Positions 45,697-55,900 of a DNA stretch of 64,000 nt are shown here, piece after piece. The position numbers and the translations under genes were made by a program. Position 1 is the first letter of the stretch; the number at the start of each line of letters is the position of its first letter. The notes beneath the pieces were generated by a model that made no database searches, had not been told where the DNA came from, and saw only the letters and a list, made by a program, of their open reading frames with translations. Source of the DNA: Acidimicrobiia bacterium (GTDB taxonomy: Bacteria > Actinomycetota > Acidimicrobiia > Spongiisociales > ZC4RG35); NCBI GenBank assembly GCA_015488325.1, contig WFOA01000010.1, positions 15,945 through 79,944 of the forward strand, given 5' to 3'.

Positions 45697-46974
45697 TCAA
45701 TCCTTCCCGAACACCACCCGGAGAACCGCCCCGCCCTCGGGGCGGTTCTCCGCGTCGAGGTGGCCGCCCGTCCGCGCGGCGGTACGGGCCACGATGTCGA
45801 GTCCGAGACCCGTCGACCCGGCCCCGCTCTCCCCCCGGCGCAGGGGATCGACCCCGTCGGGGAACCCGGGTCCCTCATCGGCGACTTCCAGGACGGCACC
45901 ACCGGCGCCTCTATCGACCTTCACCGTGAACCCGGTCCCCGGAGGGGTGTGGGCGAAGACGTTGCCGACGAGGGCGTCGACGGCGGCTGCGACGTCGCCC
46001 GGAGGGAGCGGCACCGGCGTGGGATCGTCGGTGATCTTCACCTCCAGGGCGCGGTCCTGGTCTTCGGCGGCGACCGCCCAGAAGGCGATCCGGTCTCGGA
46101 CCACCGTCCCCAGATCGCAGGAGGCGGGCCGGTCGTCGGGCCTGGACCGGGCCTCTTCGATGAGCAGGTCGACTTGGCGCTGGAGGCGATCGAGCTGGGC
46201 GAGGAGGGACTCCCGCTCGGGGGATGCTTCGAGCCGCTCGACGCGCAAGCGGAGGGCGGTGAGGGGGGTGCGAAGTCGATGGGAGAGGTCGGCGACCGAT
46301 TCCCGCTCGGCGGCGAGGAGGTCGTCCAACCGCCGTGCGAGCCAGTTGAACGACCGGGCGACCTCCTCGATCTCGACCGGACCTTCCAGGGGAACCCGAA
46401 CCTGCAGATCGCCGGCTCCGAGACGGCGGGCGGCCGTCGCCAGGCGAGTGACGGGACGAACGAGGGACGTTCCCAGTCGGTCGGCCACCAGGACGGCAGC
46501 GACGATCATCCCCAACCCGAGCAGCGCCAAGAACACCCAGGCGGTGGCCACACCCGACCGCAACTGGTCGTCGGTGACGAAGGCCGTGACCACGATCGGG
46601 CCTTCCCGGGTCACCACCGGGAGCGCCACCTGCCAGCCCCCGTCGACCTCGTCGGCCACCGCACGTTGCTCATCGGCGGCGAGGCGGGTCACCGCGCTGG
46701 GCAGGGCGGACCCGATCAACCCTCCGTCGGGGAGGATGACGCTCACTCCGGGAGGTAGGGGCCCGAGGAGGTCGGCGAGGACGTCGACGTCGAGGCGGTC
46801 CACCTGGGCGAGGGCGAGGGCGACGAGGCTCCCCACCTCCTGAATGTCCCGTTCAGCGGCGACCCGGGCTCGGGTCTCCGCCTGGTGGCGGACCAACAGG
46901 GCCAGGGGCACGGTGAAGGCGATGACGACCAGGGACGTCACGGCGGCGGAGACGAGGACGAATCGGCGTCTCAC
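45697..46974 (-). CDS. sensor histidine kinase (TM-HAMP-HisKA-HATPase)
   Basis: Two TM helices. HisKA H-box (LSHRLRTPLTAL). HATPase G-boxes (DEGPGFPDG, GSTGLGLDIVAR). GTG start overlaps the response-regulator stop (GTGA). Confidence 0.85.
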   Translation of the reverse strand: MRRRFVLVSAAVTSLVVIAFTVPLALLVRHQAETRARVAAERDIQEVGSLVALALAQVDRLDVDVLADLLGPLPPGVSVILPDGGLIGSALPSAVTRLAADEQRAVADEVDGGWQVALPVVTREGPIVVTAFVTDDQLRSGVATAWVFLALLGLGMIVAAVLVADRLGTSLVRPVTRLATAARRLGAGDLQVRVPLEGPVEIEEVARSFNWLARRLDDLLAAERESVADLSHRLRTPLTALRLRVERLEASPERESLLAQLDRLQRQVDLLIEEARSRPDDRPASCDLGTVVRDRIAFWAVAAEDQDRALEVKITDDPTPVPLPPGDVAAAVDALVGNVFAHTPPGTGFTVKVDRGAGGAVLEVADEGPGFPDGVDPLRRGESGAGSTGLGLDIVARTAARTGGHLDAENRPEGGAVLRVVFGKD

Positions 46975-47654
46975 GATTCGGGTTCGACCAGCTTCACCCC
47001 CACACCGTGAACGGTCCGCAGGTAGCGGGGCTGCTGCGCAGACTCGCCCAGTTTCTTGCGAAGCCACGACAGGTGCACGTCGACGGACCGCTCACTGCCG
47101 CCGTACGGCTCCCGCCAGACTTCGGCCATCAGCTCCCGCTTCGACACCACTTCGCCTGCACGTTCCGCCAGCACCCGCAACAGGTCGAACTCCTTGGGAC
47201 TGAGGTCCAGGGGTTCACCGTCGAGGGAGGCTTCCCGGGAGGACGGGTCCACCACCAGGCCGCCGATGACGATGGGTCCGTCCCGCCGACCCGACTCGGC
47301 CCGGCGAAGCACCGCCCGCACCCTCGCCTCGAGCTGGGCCACCGAGAAGGGCTTCACGAGGTAGTCGTCGGCGCCGGCGTCGAGGGTACGGACCACCGAC
47401 TCGTCCCCTTCCCGGGCGGTGATGACCACGACGGGCACCTGCGACACCGCTCGGATCATCCGGAGCAGCTCCGAGCCGTCGAGGTCGGGCAGGCCCAGGT
47501 CGAGGATCACCAGATCGGGCGACGATCCGACGACCTGGCGGAGACCCTCCATGGCGGTGGCCGCCGATTCGACGTCGTGACCCTGGCGGGCCAGCGTCTC
47601 GGCGACCAGGTGCCTGATCTCGAAGTCGTCCTCGACGACGATCACACGGGACAT
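46971..47654 (-). CDS. OmpR-family response regulator
   Basis: Receiver domain (RVIVVEDD...LVILDLGLPDLDG) and winged-helix output domain (VDVHLSWLRKKL). Confidence 0.9.
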   Translation of the reverse strand: MSRVIVVEDDFEIRHLVAETLARQGHDVESAATAMEGLRQVVGSSPDLVILDLGLPDLDGSELLRMIRAVSQVPVVVITAREGDESVVRTLDAGADDYLVKPFSVAQLEARVRAVLRRAESGRRDGPIVIGGLVVDPSSREASLDGEPLDLSPKEFDLLRVLAERAGEVVSKRELMAEVWREPYGGSERSVDVHLSWLRKKLGESAQQPRYLRTVHGVGVKLVEPES

Positions 47655-47695
47655 CGGCCCCGAGCATATCGGCCGTGCCACCCCGGAGATCGGAC

Positions 47696-47724
47696 CTTGA
47701 CGAAACCTTGACTACCCCTTGACT
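47696..47724. promoter_or_regulatory. three direct CCTTGAC repeats with exact 11-bp phasing in the divergent response-regulator/secreted-protein promoter region; candidate OmpR-family response-regulator binding site
   Basis: ccttgacgaaa / ccttgactacc / ccttgac start at 47696, 47707 and 47718. Each TTGAC also resembles a -35 hexamer. Confidence 0.55.
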
Positions 47725-47757
47725 TCCGAGTGCGCGGATCTCGGGGAGAATGACGGT

Positions 47758-48405
47758 ATGCGCCGGCTCGTACTCGTCGTCGCCTGGATGGGCGCCACCG
47801 TGATCGTCACCGCCACCGCCTGGGCGGTGGTCTCCGCGGTGGAGGACCGGGTCAGCGACCGGCCCCTCACCCCCCTCATCGCCACCACCTTGGCGGTCGA
47901 CGAGACCACGACCACCACCTTGCCTCCGGTGACGGACCCGTCGGCCGAGACCCCGCCGCCGGCGACCGGCGACGAACCGACCACGACCACGGTCGGAGCC
48001 GAGACCGACGACACGGTGGCCTCGACGGGAAACACCGGAGGGGGCACCGTCCCCACCACCGCCGCCCCGACCACCACCACGACCTTGGTGACCACCACGA
48101 CGACCGTCCCGACCACCACCACGACCGTCGCGACCACCACGACCACCTCGACGGAGCCCTCCGGCGAGTGGCAGACGAAGACGATCGTGACGCCGGGAGG
48201 CAGCCTCACCATCAAGCACCGCCCCGACGAAGTCGTCTTGACGTCGACGACTCCGGCCGCCGGCTTCGTGGTCGAGATCAAAAACGCCGGTCCACCCGAA
48301 GTGGATGTCGAGTTCGAGACGAACGACGACACCGTCAAGATCGACGTGCGGGTCCGCTACGAGAACGGCGTCCTCATCGAAGACATCGAAGAGGAGCGAA
48401 GCTGA
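47758..48405 (+). CDS. secreted/membrane-anchored Thr/Pro-rich protein with a C-terminal PepSY-like domain related to the domains of the 44817-45692 protein
   Basis: ATG preceded by GGGAGA. Signal/anchor sequence (LVLVVAWMGATVIVTATAWA). About 100 aa of T/P-rich low complexity. C-terminal domain (EVDVEFETNDDTVKIDVRVRYENGVLIEDIE). Confidence 0.7.
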   Translation: MRRLVLVVAWMGATVIVTATAWAVVSAVEDRVSDRPLTPLIATTLAVDETTTTTLPPVTDPSAETPPPATGDEPTTTTVGAETDDTVASTGNTGGGTVPTTAAPTTTTTLVTTTTTVPTTTTTVATTTTTSTEPSGEWQTKTIVTPGGSLTIKHRPDEVVLTSTTPAAGFVVEIKNAGPPEVDVEFETNDDTVKIDVRVRYENGVLIEDIEEERS

Positions 48406-48408
48406 ACC

Positions 48409-49800
48409 TCAGAGGATGCCACCCTCGGTCATCTTCTTGATGTCGAGGGCGGCGTCGACCTCTTCGGCGCTCATCAGCCCCTTCTCGAGGACCACCTCCC
48501 GCACGGTCCGCCCGCTGGCGAATGCCTCTTTCGCCACGGCGGCTCCGGCGTCGTAGCCGATGTGGGGGTTGAGGGCCGTTACCACGATGACGTTTTTCTC
48601 GACGAGTTCACGGGCCCGTTCTTCGTTCGCCTCGATCCCGGTGACACACTTCTCGGCCAGCACCCGCGACGCGTTGCCGAGGATCGTGATCGCCTGCAAC
48701 AGGTTGTGGGCGATCAACGGCATCATCACGTTGAGCTCGAAGTTGCCGTTGGCTCCCCCCCAGGTGATGGCGGCGTCGTTGCCCATCACCTGCGCCGCCA
48801 CCATCATCACCGCCTCGGGGATGACCGGGTTCACCTTGGCGGGCATGATCGACGAGCCGGGTTGGAGTGCCGGAAGCCGGATCTCGCCGATCCCGGTGAC
48901 CGGACCGCTCGACAGCCAGCGGAGGTCGTTGGCGATCTTGAACAGTGACGTGGCGACGGTCTTGAGGGTGCCGGCCGCCTGCACCGTGGCGTCCTTCGCC
49001 GCCTGCGCCTCGAAGTGGTTCGTGGCTTCCCGGAACGGGATCCCGGTCCGCTCGGAGATGACGTCGATCACCTTCGCGGCGAAGCCTTCCGGACAGTTGA
49101 TCCCGGTCCCTACGGCGGTTCCCCCGAGGGGGAGCTCCTCGAGTTCGGGGAGGACCTTCTCGACCCGTTCGATCCCCTTGCGGACCTGGGTGGCGTAGCC
49201 GGAGAACTCCTGGCCGAGGGTGACCGGCGTGGCGTCCATGAGGTGGGTCCGTCCCGACTTCACGACCCGTTCGAACTCCCGGGACTTCTCCTCCAAGGCG
49301 AGGGCCAGCGCCGACAGTCCCGGGATCAGCACTTCCCGCACCTCGGCGGCGGCGGCGACGTGGATCGCCGTGGGGATCACGTCGTTCGACGACTGACCGA
49401 AGTTGACGTGGTCGTTGGGATGTACGAGTTTGGACCCCAGGGCTCCACCCAGGACCTGCGAAGCGCGGTTGGCGATCACCTCGTTGGCGTTGGTGTTCGT
49501 CGACGTCCCCGATCCGGTCTGGAAGATGTCGACCGGGAAGTGCTCGTCGAAGTCGCCCCTCGCCACTTCGGCGGCGGCCTGCTCGATCGCCTTCGCCTTC
49601 TCGGCGTCGACGTACCCTTCGGGTCCTGCGACGGCGGCCACCGCCCCTTTGATGACGCCGAGGGCCCAGATGAACCGACGGGGGAAACGGATCCCCGAGA
49701 TCGGGAAGTTCTCGATCGCCCGTTGCGTCGAAGCTCCGTAGAGGGCGTCGGCCGGGACCCGGACCTCGCCCATCGAGTCTCTCTCGGTGCGGTACTCCAC
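48409..49800 (-). CDS. aspA: aspartate ammonia-lyase (class II fumarase/aspartase family)
   Basis: Signature [15 protein letters not shown] matches the aspartase form rather than the fumarase form (GSSIMPGKVNPTQ). 463 aa. Confidence 0.8.
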   Translation of the reverse strand: MEYRTERDSMGEVRVPADALYGASTQRAIENFPISGIRFPRRFIWALGVIKGAVAAVAGPEGYVDAEKAKAIEQAAAEVARGDFDEHFPVDIFQTGSGTSTNTNANEVIANRASQVLGGALGSKLVHPNDHVNFGQSSNDVIPTAIHVAAAAEVREVLIPGLSALALALEEKSREFERVVKSGRTHLMDATPVTLGQEFSGYATQVRKGIERVEKVLPELEELPLGGTAVGTGINCPEGFAAKVIDVISERTGIPFREATNHFEAQAAKDATVQAAGTLKTVATSLFKIANDLRWLSSGPVTGIGEIRLPALQPGSSIMPAKVNPVIPEAVMMVAAQVMGNDAAITWGGANGNFELNVMMPLIAHNLLQAITILGNASRVLAEKCVTGIEANEERARELVEKNVIVVTALNPHIGYDAGAAVAKEAFASGRTVREVVLEKGLMSAEEVDAALDIKKMTEGGIL

Positions 49801-49873
49801 GATGGTGCTCCTTCGTCGACAGCTCCAGCGTACGCCCCGGCCGCCCCGGCCGCGACCGCTGAAAGTCCATCCG

Positions 49874-50674
49874 TCAGAAGTCGAAGGGAGTGTCGGTGAA
49901 GAAGTCCGACGGCCGGCGTTCCGACGGGGTGGGTTCGGGCTGGAGACCGAGACGCTCCCGCAGGCCTTCGTATCCTTCTGCCTCCAGCTCGTCGGCCAGC
50001 TCGGGTCCTCCCGAACACACGATCCTGCCGTCCATCATCACGTGGATCCGGTCGGCCCGCAGGTAGCGGAGGATGCGGGAGTAGTGGGTGATGAGCAGCA
50101 CCCCGAGGTCGGGGCCTCGCATCTCCTCCACGGCGGCCGCCACCTCCCGGACGGCGTCGATGTCGAGTCCGGAGTCGATCTCGTCGAGCAGCGCCGCCTT
50201 CGGACGGAGTACGGCCATCTGGAGGATCTCGGAACGCTTCTTCTCCCCGCCGGAGAGGTCGTCGTTGACCGACCGGTCCAAGAATTCGGTGGCGCCGAGG
50301 CGTTCGGCGAGCTCCCGGGCCCGGGTCAGTGTCGCCTCCGGGTCGGCTCCCCACTCTTCCGCCGCCTCTCGGAGCAGCTCGGACAGTTTCACCCCGGGGA
50401 TCTCCACGGGATACTGGAAGGCCTGCAGGAGCCCCAACCGGGCCCGCTCGTCCACCTCGAGGCCCAACACCTCCGTCCCGTCGAGGAGGGCGGATCCCGA
50501 GACCTCGTAGCCGTCTTTTCCGGTGAGCACATGACAGAGGGTCGACTTGCCCGAACCGTTCGGGCCCATCACGGCGTGGACCTCGCCGAAACCGATGTCG
50601 AGGTCCACGCCACGCAGGATCTCGACGGAACCAACCGAGGCGTGGAGGTCGCGGATCTGGAGGGCGAGGCTCAT
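49874..50674 (-). CDS. sufC: Fe-S cluster assembly ATPase SufC (copy 2)
   Basis: Starts [31 protein letters not shown] and [10 protein letters not shown] motifs. ATGA overlap with the Rieske gene stop. Confidence 0.85.
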   Translation of the reverse strand: MSLALQIRDLHASVGSVEILRGVDLDIGFGEVHAVMGPNGSGKSTLCHVLTGKDGYEVSGSALLDGTEVLGLEVDERARLGLLQAFQYPVEIPGVKLSELLREAAEEWGADPEATLTRARELAERLGATEFLDRSVNDDLSGGEKKRSEILQMAVLRPKAALLDEIDSGLDIDAVREVAAAVEEMRGPDLGVLLITHYSRILRYLRADRIHVMMDGRIVCSGGPELADELEAEGYEGLRERLGLQPEPTPSERRPSDFFTDTPFDF

Positions 50675-50985
50675 GACGGCTCCACGGACAGGTAGACGTC
50701 GCCGTCTTCCACCTTCACCCGGTAGGTGGGCACCGGCCGGGTCGCCGGAAGGGTGAGGGGTTTGCCCGTCTTGAGGTCGAAGACGGCGCCATGGCGGGGA
50801 CATTCGATCTCGTGGTCCACGACCTCTCCTTCGGCGAGGGACGCCTCGGCGTGACTGCATCGATCACCGAGGGCGTAGACGTCGTCTCCGACCCGGACGA
50901 GGGCGATCCGGTGCCCGGGAAGGTCGACCCGCACCGGGGCGCCCGGGACCAGATCGTCCATCGACGTCACCTTCACCCAGCTCAT
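50671..50985 (-). CDS. Rieske [2Fe-2S] domain protein (suf-operon-associated ferredoxin subunit)
   Basis: CSH...CPRHG Rieske motifs. Located between sufD and sufC, as in actinobacterial suf operons. Confidence 0.85.
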   Translation of the reverse strand: MSWVKVTSMDDLVPGAPVRVDLPGHRIALVRVGDDVYALGDRCSHAEASLAEGEVVDHEIECPRHGAVFDLKTGKPLTLPATRPVPTYRVKVEDGDVYLSVEPS

Positions 50986-52247
50986 CCCAACCTCCCTGCG
51001 GCCTGAGCGGCACCGAACCGTTCGTCCACTTCCCGCCGGAGCGGATCGGCCATGGCGTCCGACGGGAGGCGTTCGATGACCTCTTCGAAGAACCCGTGCA
51101 CCAGGAGGCGTTCGGCCCGGTCACGGGAGAGACCCCGGCTCATCAGGTAGTACAGATGTTCGGCGTCGAGGGGCCCGACGCTGGAGCCGTGCCCGCAGAC
51201 CACGTCGTCACAGAGGATCTCGAGGTTGGGGACCGAATGGGCCTTCGCCCCGTCGGAGAGGACCAGGTTGCGGTTGGTCTCGAACGCCGATGTGCGGGCG
51301 GCGGTGGGAGCGATCCGCAACAGACCGGTGAACACCGACTGGGCGTGATCTTCCACCGCGCCTTTGAGGAGGACGTCGGAGCTGGTGGAGCGGCCCACGT
51401 GGTCGATCACCATCCGGTAGTCGAGGACCTGGGTGCCTTCACCGAAGTACAACCCGACGACCTCGGCGGAGCTACCGTCGCCTTCGAGGCGCACCCCGAG
51501 GTCGAGCCGGGCCGTCGACCCCCCGAGGCCCGCCTCCCCGACCCGCAGGGTGGCGTCCCGGGCGAGTCGAGCCCGCTCGTGGGCGACGAGGACGGTGGCG
51601 TCGCCGAGGAGCTGGACGGTGGTGAACCGCAGCCGGGCCCCCTGGGCGACGTCGAGTCCGAGCAGCGGAGCGACGACGGCGTCGACGCCGTCGGGGCTGC
51701 GGTAGACGACCACCACGTTCGCCTCGGCGTTCTCACCGACCTCCACCGTCACTTCCGGGAACGAGATCGTGCCGCCGGCGGTGGCTTGGAGTTCGACCAC
51801 CACCGGACGGACCTCGACCGCACCGGCCGGGACGCCGACGAACACCCCGTCGCCGCCGAAGGCGAACCCGGCGGCGGCGAACTTGTCCACCGAGGGGTCG
51901 ACGAGGGATGGGACCGCTCCCCGCTCCCACCGTTCCGCCCCCCGGCCGATTCGCACGGTGTCCCCACCGTCCACCGACACCGTGTACCCGTCCACGACCA
52001 CGACCCGGCCGGCAGCGTCGCCGATCGCCGACACGAAGGGGCCGGGCTTCAGCGGTTGTCCGGGTTCTTCGGGGAGGGCGAGGGTGTCGAAGTCGACGTC
52101 GAGGTCGACGTATCTCCAGGCCTCGTCGGTGTCGGACGGAGGGGGGATCTCGCGGTAGAGGTCGAAGGCTTCGAGTCGCCGCCGAGCGAGGGGCTCGGGG
52201 GCGTCGCGATTCAGGACCTCGACGGTCGTGGCGTTCAGGGCGAGCAC
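50982..52247 (-). CDS. sufD: Fe-S cluster assembly protein SufD
   Basis: 421-aa SufB/SufD-family protein with the C-terminal LYYLMSRGL motif. Its size and position before Rieske-sufC indicate SufD. Confidence 0.8.
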   Translation of the reverse strand: MLALNATTVEVLNRDAPEPLARRRLEAFDLYREIPPPSDTDEAWRYVDLDVDFDTLALPEEPGQPLKPGPFVSAIGDAAGRVVVVDGYTVSVDGGDTVRIGRGAERWERGAVPSLVDPSVDKFAAAGFAFGGDGVFVGVPAGAVEVRPVVVELQATAGGTISFPEVTVEVGENAEANVVVVYRSPDGVDAVVAPLLGLDVAQGARLRFTTVQLLGDATVLVAHERARLARDATLRVGEAGLGGSTARLDLGVRLEGDGSSAEVVGLYFGEGTQVLDYRMVIDHVGRSTSSDVLLKGAVEDHAQSVFTGLLRIAPTAARTSAFETNRNLVLSDGAKAHSVPNLEILCDDVVCGHGSSVGPLDAEHLYYLMSRGLSRDRAERLLVHGFFEEVIERLPSDAMADPLRREVDERFGAAQAAGRLG

Positions 52248-52287
52248 GGTCTCTCCGCAGGCAGGGACGGCCCGAATCGTATTCTCA

Positions 52288-52977
52288 CTACCGCCGTATT
52301 GGAAATTCGTCGAGCAGCGACCGCGCCCGCTCGAACACGGCGTCGAGCATGGCCTCGGTGAGACGCCCTGTGAAGGTGTTCTGCTGGGACGGATGGTAGG
52401 AGGCGAGGAGGGTGGCGGCCCCCACCCGGACCTCGACCCCGTGGCCGAAGCGGGGACGGGGACGGGGGACCTCCCGCCCCAGGTCGCTCAACACCCGCAG
52501 CACCCCCCGGAAGGCGACACCGCCCAGGGCGACGACCACGGAAGGGTCGAGGAGTTCGAGTTCTTCGGCGAGGAACGGGCGACATGCCGCCTCCTCGGCC
52601 CCGACCAGGCGGTTCTGGGGCGGCGCGCAGCGGGCCACGGCGGTGATCCAGCAGTCGGTGAGCACGAGACCGTCGTCACGGCCGACCGACTCCGGCCGGT
52701 CGGCGAACCCGGCCCGGTGCAGCGCCCGGTACAGCCAGTCGCCGGACCGGTCTCCGGTGAACATGCGCCCCGTACGGTTGGCGCCGTGGGCGGCGGGGGC
52801 GAGGCCCACCACCACCATCCGGGCATCCGGGTCTCCGAATCCGGGTACGGGGCGCCCCCAATAGGTCTCGTCCCGGTAAGCCGCCCGTTTGGTCCGAGCG
52901 ACCTCCTCCCGCCACTGCACCAGACGGGGACATCGCCGGCACTCGACGATCTCGGCTTGGAGGTCGGCGAGCCTCAC
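52288..52977 (-). CDS. uracil-DNA glycosylase superfamily protein, family 4/5 type (UdgB-like)
   Basis: 4Fe-4S cysteines (ECRRCPRL). Motif A (GLAPAAHGANRTGRMFTGD). Motif B (ASYHPSQQN). GTG start overlaps the upstream stop (GTGA). The N-terminal 200 aa of the track ORF are an artefact. Confidence 0.75.
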   Translation of the reverse strand: MRLADLQAEIVECRRCPRLVQWREEVARTKRAAYRDETYWGRPVPGFGDPDARMVVVGLAPAAHGANRTGRMFTGDRSGDWLYRALHRAGFADRPESVGRDDGLVLTDCWITAVARCAPPQNRLVGAEEAACRPFLAEELELLDPSVVVALGGVAFRGVLRVLSDLGREVPRPRPRFGHGVEVRVGAATLLASYHPSQQNTFTGRLTEAMLDAVFERARSLLDEFPIRR

Positions 52978-54515
52978 TCCCGACCCGCCGGATCCAGGGC
53001 CTCCACCGTCACGTTCGACAGTGCGTTCCACAGCATCCATCCGAACCCGAACCCTTCGGCGGCGTCGATCTGTGCTCGGACCTGTTGGGGGTCGTAGCCG
53101 AAATCCTGGAGCCAGGGACGGATGACCGTCCCCGAGTCGAGCCGCTCCACGCCGTCGGCGAGGGCCCGGGAGACCACCTCGGCCGGGTAGTCGTTGGGGT
53201 TGTCGAACCCGAACCACCCGCGGCCGTAGTGGCTCGGGTACAGCATCGGGGAGATCACGTCGACGACTTCGGCGACGGCCGGCCAGAGCTGGCCGATCCC
53301 GCCGTCGTCCAGGGCGGTAGTGGTGAACCCGAACACGTCGGCGGCCACCGCGCATCCGAGGGGATGGAGCTGGTCCCGGGCGCGGCCGAGGAACCCGACG
53401 ATGGTCCGTACACGGGTCTGGGGGTCGGATCCCTCGTCGAACACGGTCGACGGCCCGAAGCCGTCCGGATAACGCACGTAGTCGAACTGGATCTCGTCGA
53501 CGCCCCGGGTACAGGCCTCCCGGGCGATCTGGAGTGCGTAGTCCTGGGCGGCGGGATCGGTGGGGTCGAGGAACCACTGCCCGCCCTTGCGGTACGGGGC
53601 CCCCCGGGCCGTGTCCCACACCGCCATCTCCGGGGCACGGCGGGCGGCGATGGGATCCTGGAAGGTGACGATCCTGGCCACCACGTAGAGGCCGGCGGCG
53701 TCGGCCTGGCGAACCACCTCGTCCAGCGAGTACGGCTCCGCGACGATGGTCCCGAGCCGCAGCGCCGTGGCGACGTTCGAGTCGTACCAGATGAGGCCGT
53801 CGTCGTCTTTCAGGTCGATCATCAGAGCGTTGAGCTCGGTCGTCTCCGCCATGCGGAGGTATTCCTGGCGGCGGGATTCGTCGGCGAGGACCTCACCGCC
53901 GATGTGCACGGCCTTCACCACCCGGGGGACCACTTCGATCTGGCGGAACCCGGGGCCTCCGTCCCAGTCGAAGGCGGTGTTCTCCCATGCCGGGCGCCAG
54001 ACGTCCACCGGCCCCGCCTCCGCTCGCCGCAGCAGGAACCGTCCTGTCTCGTCGGTGACCGTCGAAGCACCACCAGCCGTGATCCGTACCGCCCCCACCG
54101 GCCGGCCTTCGGGGTCACGTACCTCGCCCCGGAGCATCCGGGCCTGGACCCGGAAACGCACCGGCCCGTCGGGACGTCGAGGGATCGACATGGTCCGGGG
54201 CAGGTACCCGGGGGCGTCGAAGGTGAGCTGGGTCCCCGGCGGTCGCCACGCGAGCAGCACGGTTCCCTCCGGGTCGGTCACCCCCAGGGAGTCGCCGTCG
54301 GCCAGGACCTCGACACCGACCACCGGGACTCCCTCCTCGTCTACGACCAGCACGGCGACGTCGGCGCTGCCGGCCGCCACCCGCCATCCGGCGAGTGCCG
54401 CCCACAGGAGGGTGACGAAGAGGAGCAGCCGGAGCTGTCTGGGTCGGGACACCGACGTGGAGGATACCGACCGCCCGGGGGTGCGCACCCCGGCGACCAT
54501 CCCAGGATTTTCCAT
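52974..54515 (-). CDS. secreted/membrane-anchored putative glycoside hydrolase (TIM-barrel GH-like, DUF4015/GHL-type) with N-terminal beta-sandwich domain
   Basis: Signal/TM segment (LRLLLFVTLLWAALAGW). Conserved IQFDYVRYP and WLQDFGY-type motifs of the uncharacterised GH-like family. Alternative ATG at 54500. Confidence 0.65.
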   Translation of the reverse strand: MENPGMVAGVRTPGRSVSSTSVSRPRQLRLLLFVTLLWAALAGWRVAAGSADVAVLVVDEEGVPVVGVEVLADGDSLGVTDPEGTVLLAWRPPGTQLTFDAPGYLPRTMSIPRRPDGPVRFRVQARMLRGEVRDPEGRPVGAVRITAGGASTVTDETGRFLLRRAEAGPVDVWRPAWENTAFDWDGGPGFRQIEVVPRVVKAVHIGGEVLADESRRQEYLRMAETTELNALMIDLKDDDGLIWYDSNVATALRLGTIVAEPYSLDEVVRQADAAGLYVVARIVTFQDPIAARRAPEMAVWDTARGAPYRKGGQWFLDPTDPAAQDYALQIAREACTRGVDEIQFDYVRYPDGFGPSTVFDEGSDPQTRVRTIVGFLGRARDQLHPLGCAVAADVFGFTTTALDDGGIGQLWPAVAEVVDVISPMLYPSHYGRGWFGFDNPNDYPAEVVSRALADGVERLDSGTVIRPWLQDFGYDPQQVRAQIDAAEGFGFGWMLWNALSNVTVEALDPAGRE

Positions 54516-54571
54516 TGTGGTTGTCCGTGGGTGGTGATAGCGTTGCCTTCCAAGGGGACAGAGGTGATGAG

Positions 54572-55504
54572 GTGGCAGAGCACCGCGGGTCCGGTGCATC
54601 GGTGGCGGATGCCGTAGGCCTCTACCTCGACGAGGTGGCGGATCACTATCTGCTCACCGCCGAGGACGAGGTTCGGCTGGCCAGGGCGATCGAACAGGGA
54701 CGACGCGCCCAGAGCCGTCTCGACGGTGACACCGAACTCGATCCCGCCGAACGGGCTCGTCTGGAACAGCTCGTAGAAGAAGGCCACGACGCCAAACTCA
54801 CCTTCATCCGGTGCAACCTGCGGCTCGTCATCTCGATCGCCAAGCGGTACACGGGCCGCGGCCTCGACCTCCTCGACCTCATCCAGGAGGGCAACCTCGG
54901 GTTGATCCGGGCGGTGGAGAAGTTCGACTGGCGGAAAGGCTTCAAGTTCTCCACGTACGCCACCTGGTGGATCCGTCAGGCCATCACCCGGGGACTGGGG
55001 AACAACGCCCGGACGATCCGCCTCCCGGTGCACATGGTCGACGTCGTCCGCACCGTCCACGACACCCACCAGCAGCTCGCCGAAGAGTTCCACCGGGCAC
55101 CGACGGTGGACGAGATCGCCGCCGTCTCCGGGCTCGACCCCGACCGTGTCGAAGCAGCCCTGTCGGCCCCCACCGACACCGTCTCCCTCGACCGGCCCGT
55201 CGGTGACGACGGCGACGCCGAACTCCACGAATTCATCTGCGACGACGACACCCCCGACCCCTTCACCACCGCCGTCGAACGGATGCGGGACGCCGAGATC
55301 CAACGGGCGCTCTCGATGCTCAGCCGGGAAGAGCGGGTCGTCCTCACCCTCCGGTTCGGGCTCGACGGCCGCGACTCGTGGACGCTGTCGGCGGTGGGCA
55401 AGCTGTTGGGCATGACCCGGGAACGGGTCCGCCAGATCGAGAGTCGGGCCCTCGCCAAGCTCCGCCATCCCTCGGCCGCCGTCCAACTGGAGTCGCTCCT
55501 GTAA
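54572..55504 (+). CDS. RNA polymerase sigma-70 family factor (group 2-like; regions 1.2-4.2)
   Basis: Region 1.2 (DAVGLYLDEV), region 2 (YATWWIRQAITR), region 4.2 (VGKLLGMTRERVRQIESRALAKLR). GTG at 54572 preceded by GAGGTGA is preferred over the track start at 54515, which coincides with the divergent gene's start. Confidence 0.8.
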   Translation: MAEHRGSGASVADAVGLYLDEVADHYLLTAEDEVRLARAIEQGRRAQSRLDGDTELDPAERARLEQLVEEGHDAKLTFIRCNLRLVISIAKRYTGRGLDLLDLIQEGNLGLIRAVEKFDWRKGFKFSTYATWWIRQAITRGLGNNARTIRLPVHMVDVVRTVHDTHQQLAEEFHRAPTVDEIAAVSGLDPDRVEAALSAPTDTVSLDRPVGDDGDAELHEFICDDDTPDPFTTAVERMRDAEIQRALSMLSREERVVLTLRFGLDGRDSWTLSAVGKLLGMTRERVRQIESRALAKLRHPSAAVQLESLL

Positions 55505-55563
55505 CGGCCCTTCGGGGTCGAGACCCTGGCCATCGGCGAACCCTGCTGTAGCCTGACCCTCCG

Positions 55564-55836
55564 ATGGAAGCCATCAGCAGCGAAATCGTCGACGCGTTCA
55601 TCCGGATCGCCGTCGCCGGCGGCATCGGAGGCCTCTTCGGAGGGTTCATCGGAGGTCGGGGGAAGAACCTGATCGGCTCGATCCTGTTGGGAATCATCGG
55701 CGGGATCTCGGCTTCGGCGATCCTCCGGATCGCCGGGGTGCCCGCCATCATGAACGCCGGCGAAGGATTCGGACTGGTCTACGGCTTCGTCGGTGGTTTC
55801 ATCCTGGCGTTCGTCGTGGGAGCCTCCAATCGCTGA
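55564..55836 (+). CDS. GlsB/YeaQ/YmgE-family stress-associated membrane protein (copy 1)
   Basis: 90 aa. Gly-rich TM repeats (GGIGGLFGGFIGG...LLGIIGGISASAIL). Confidence 0.75.
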   Translation: MEAISSEIVDAFIRIAVAGGIGGLFGGFIGGRGKNLIGSILLGIIGGISASAILRIAGVPAIMNAGEGFGLVYGFVGGFILAFVVGASNR

Positions 55837-55900
55837 CCTGCCCCGCTCCGGAGTCACCAAGCTCGACATCGCCCGGGACTGGCTGCCCCGGTACACGGGT

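Noticed and set aside
54515-54571. Sigma factor starting at the ORF-track position 54515
   Set aside because: It would begin at the exact position of the divergent GH-like gene's start codon. A GTG at 54572 with a GAGGTGA Shine-Dalgarno sits immediately before conserved region 1.2, so the shorter gene is preferred.
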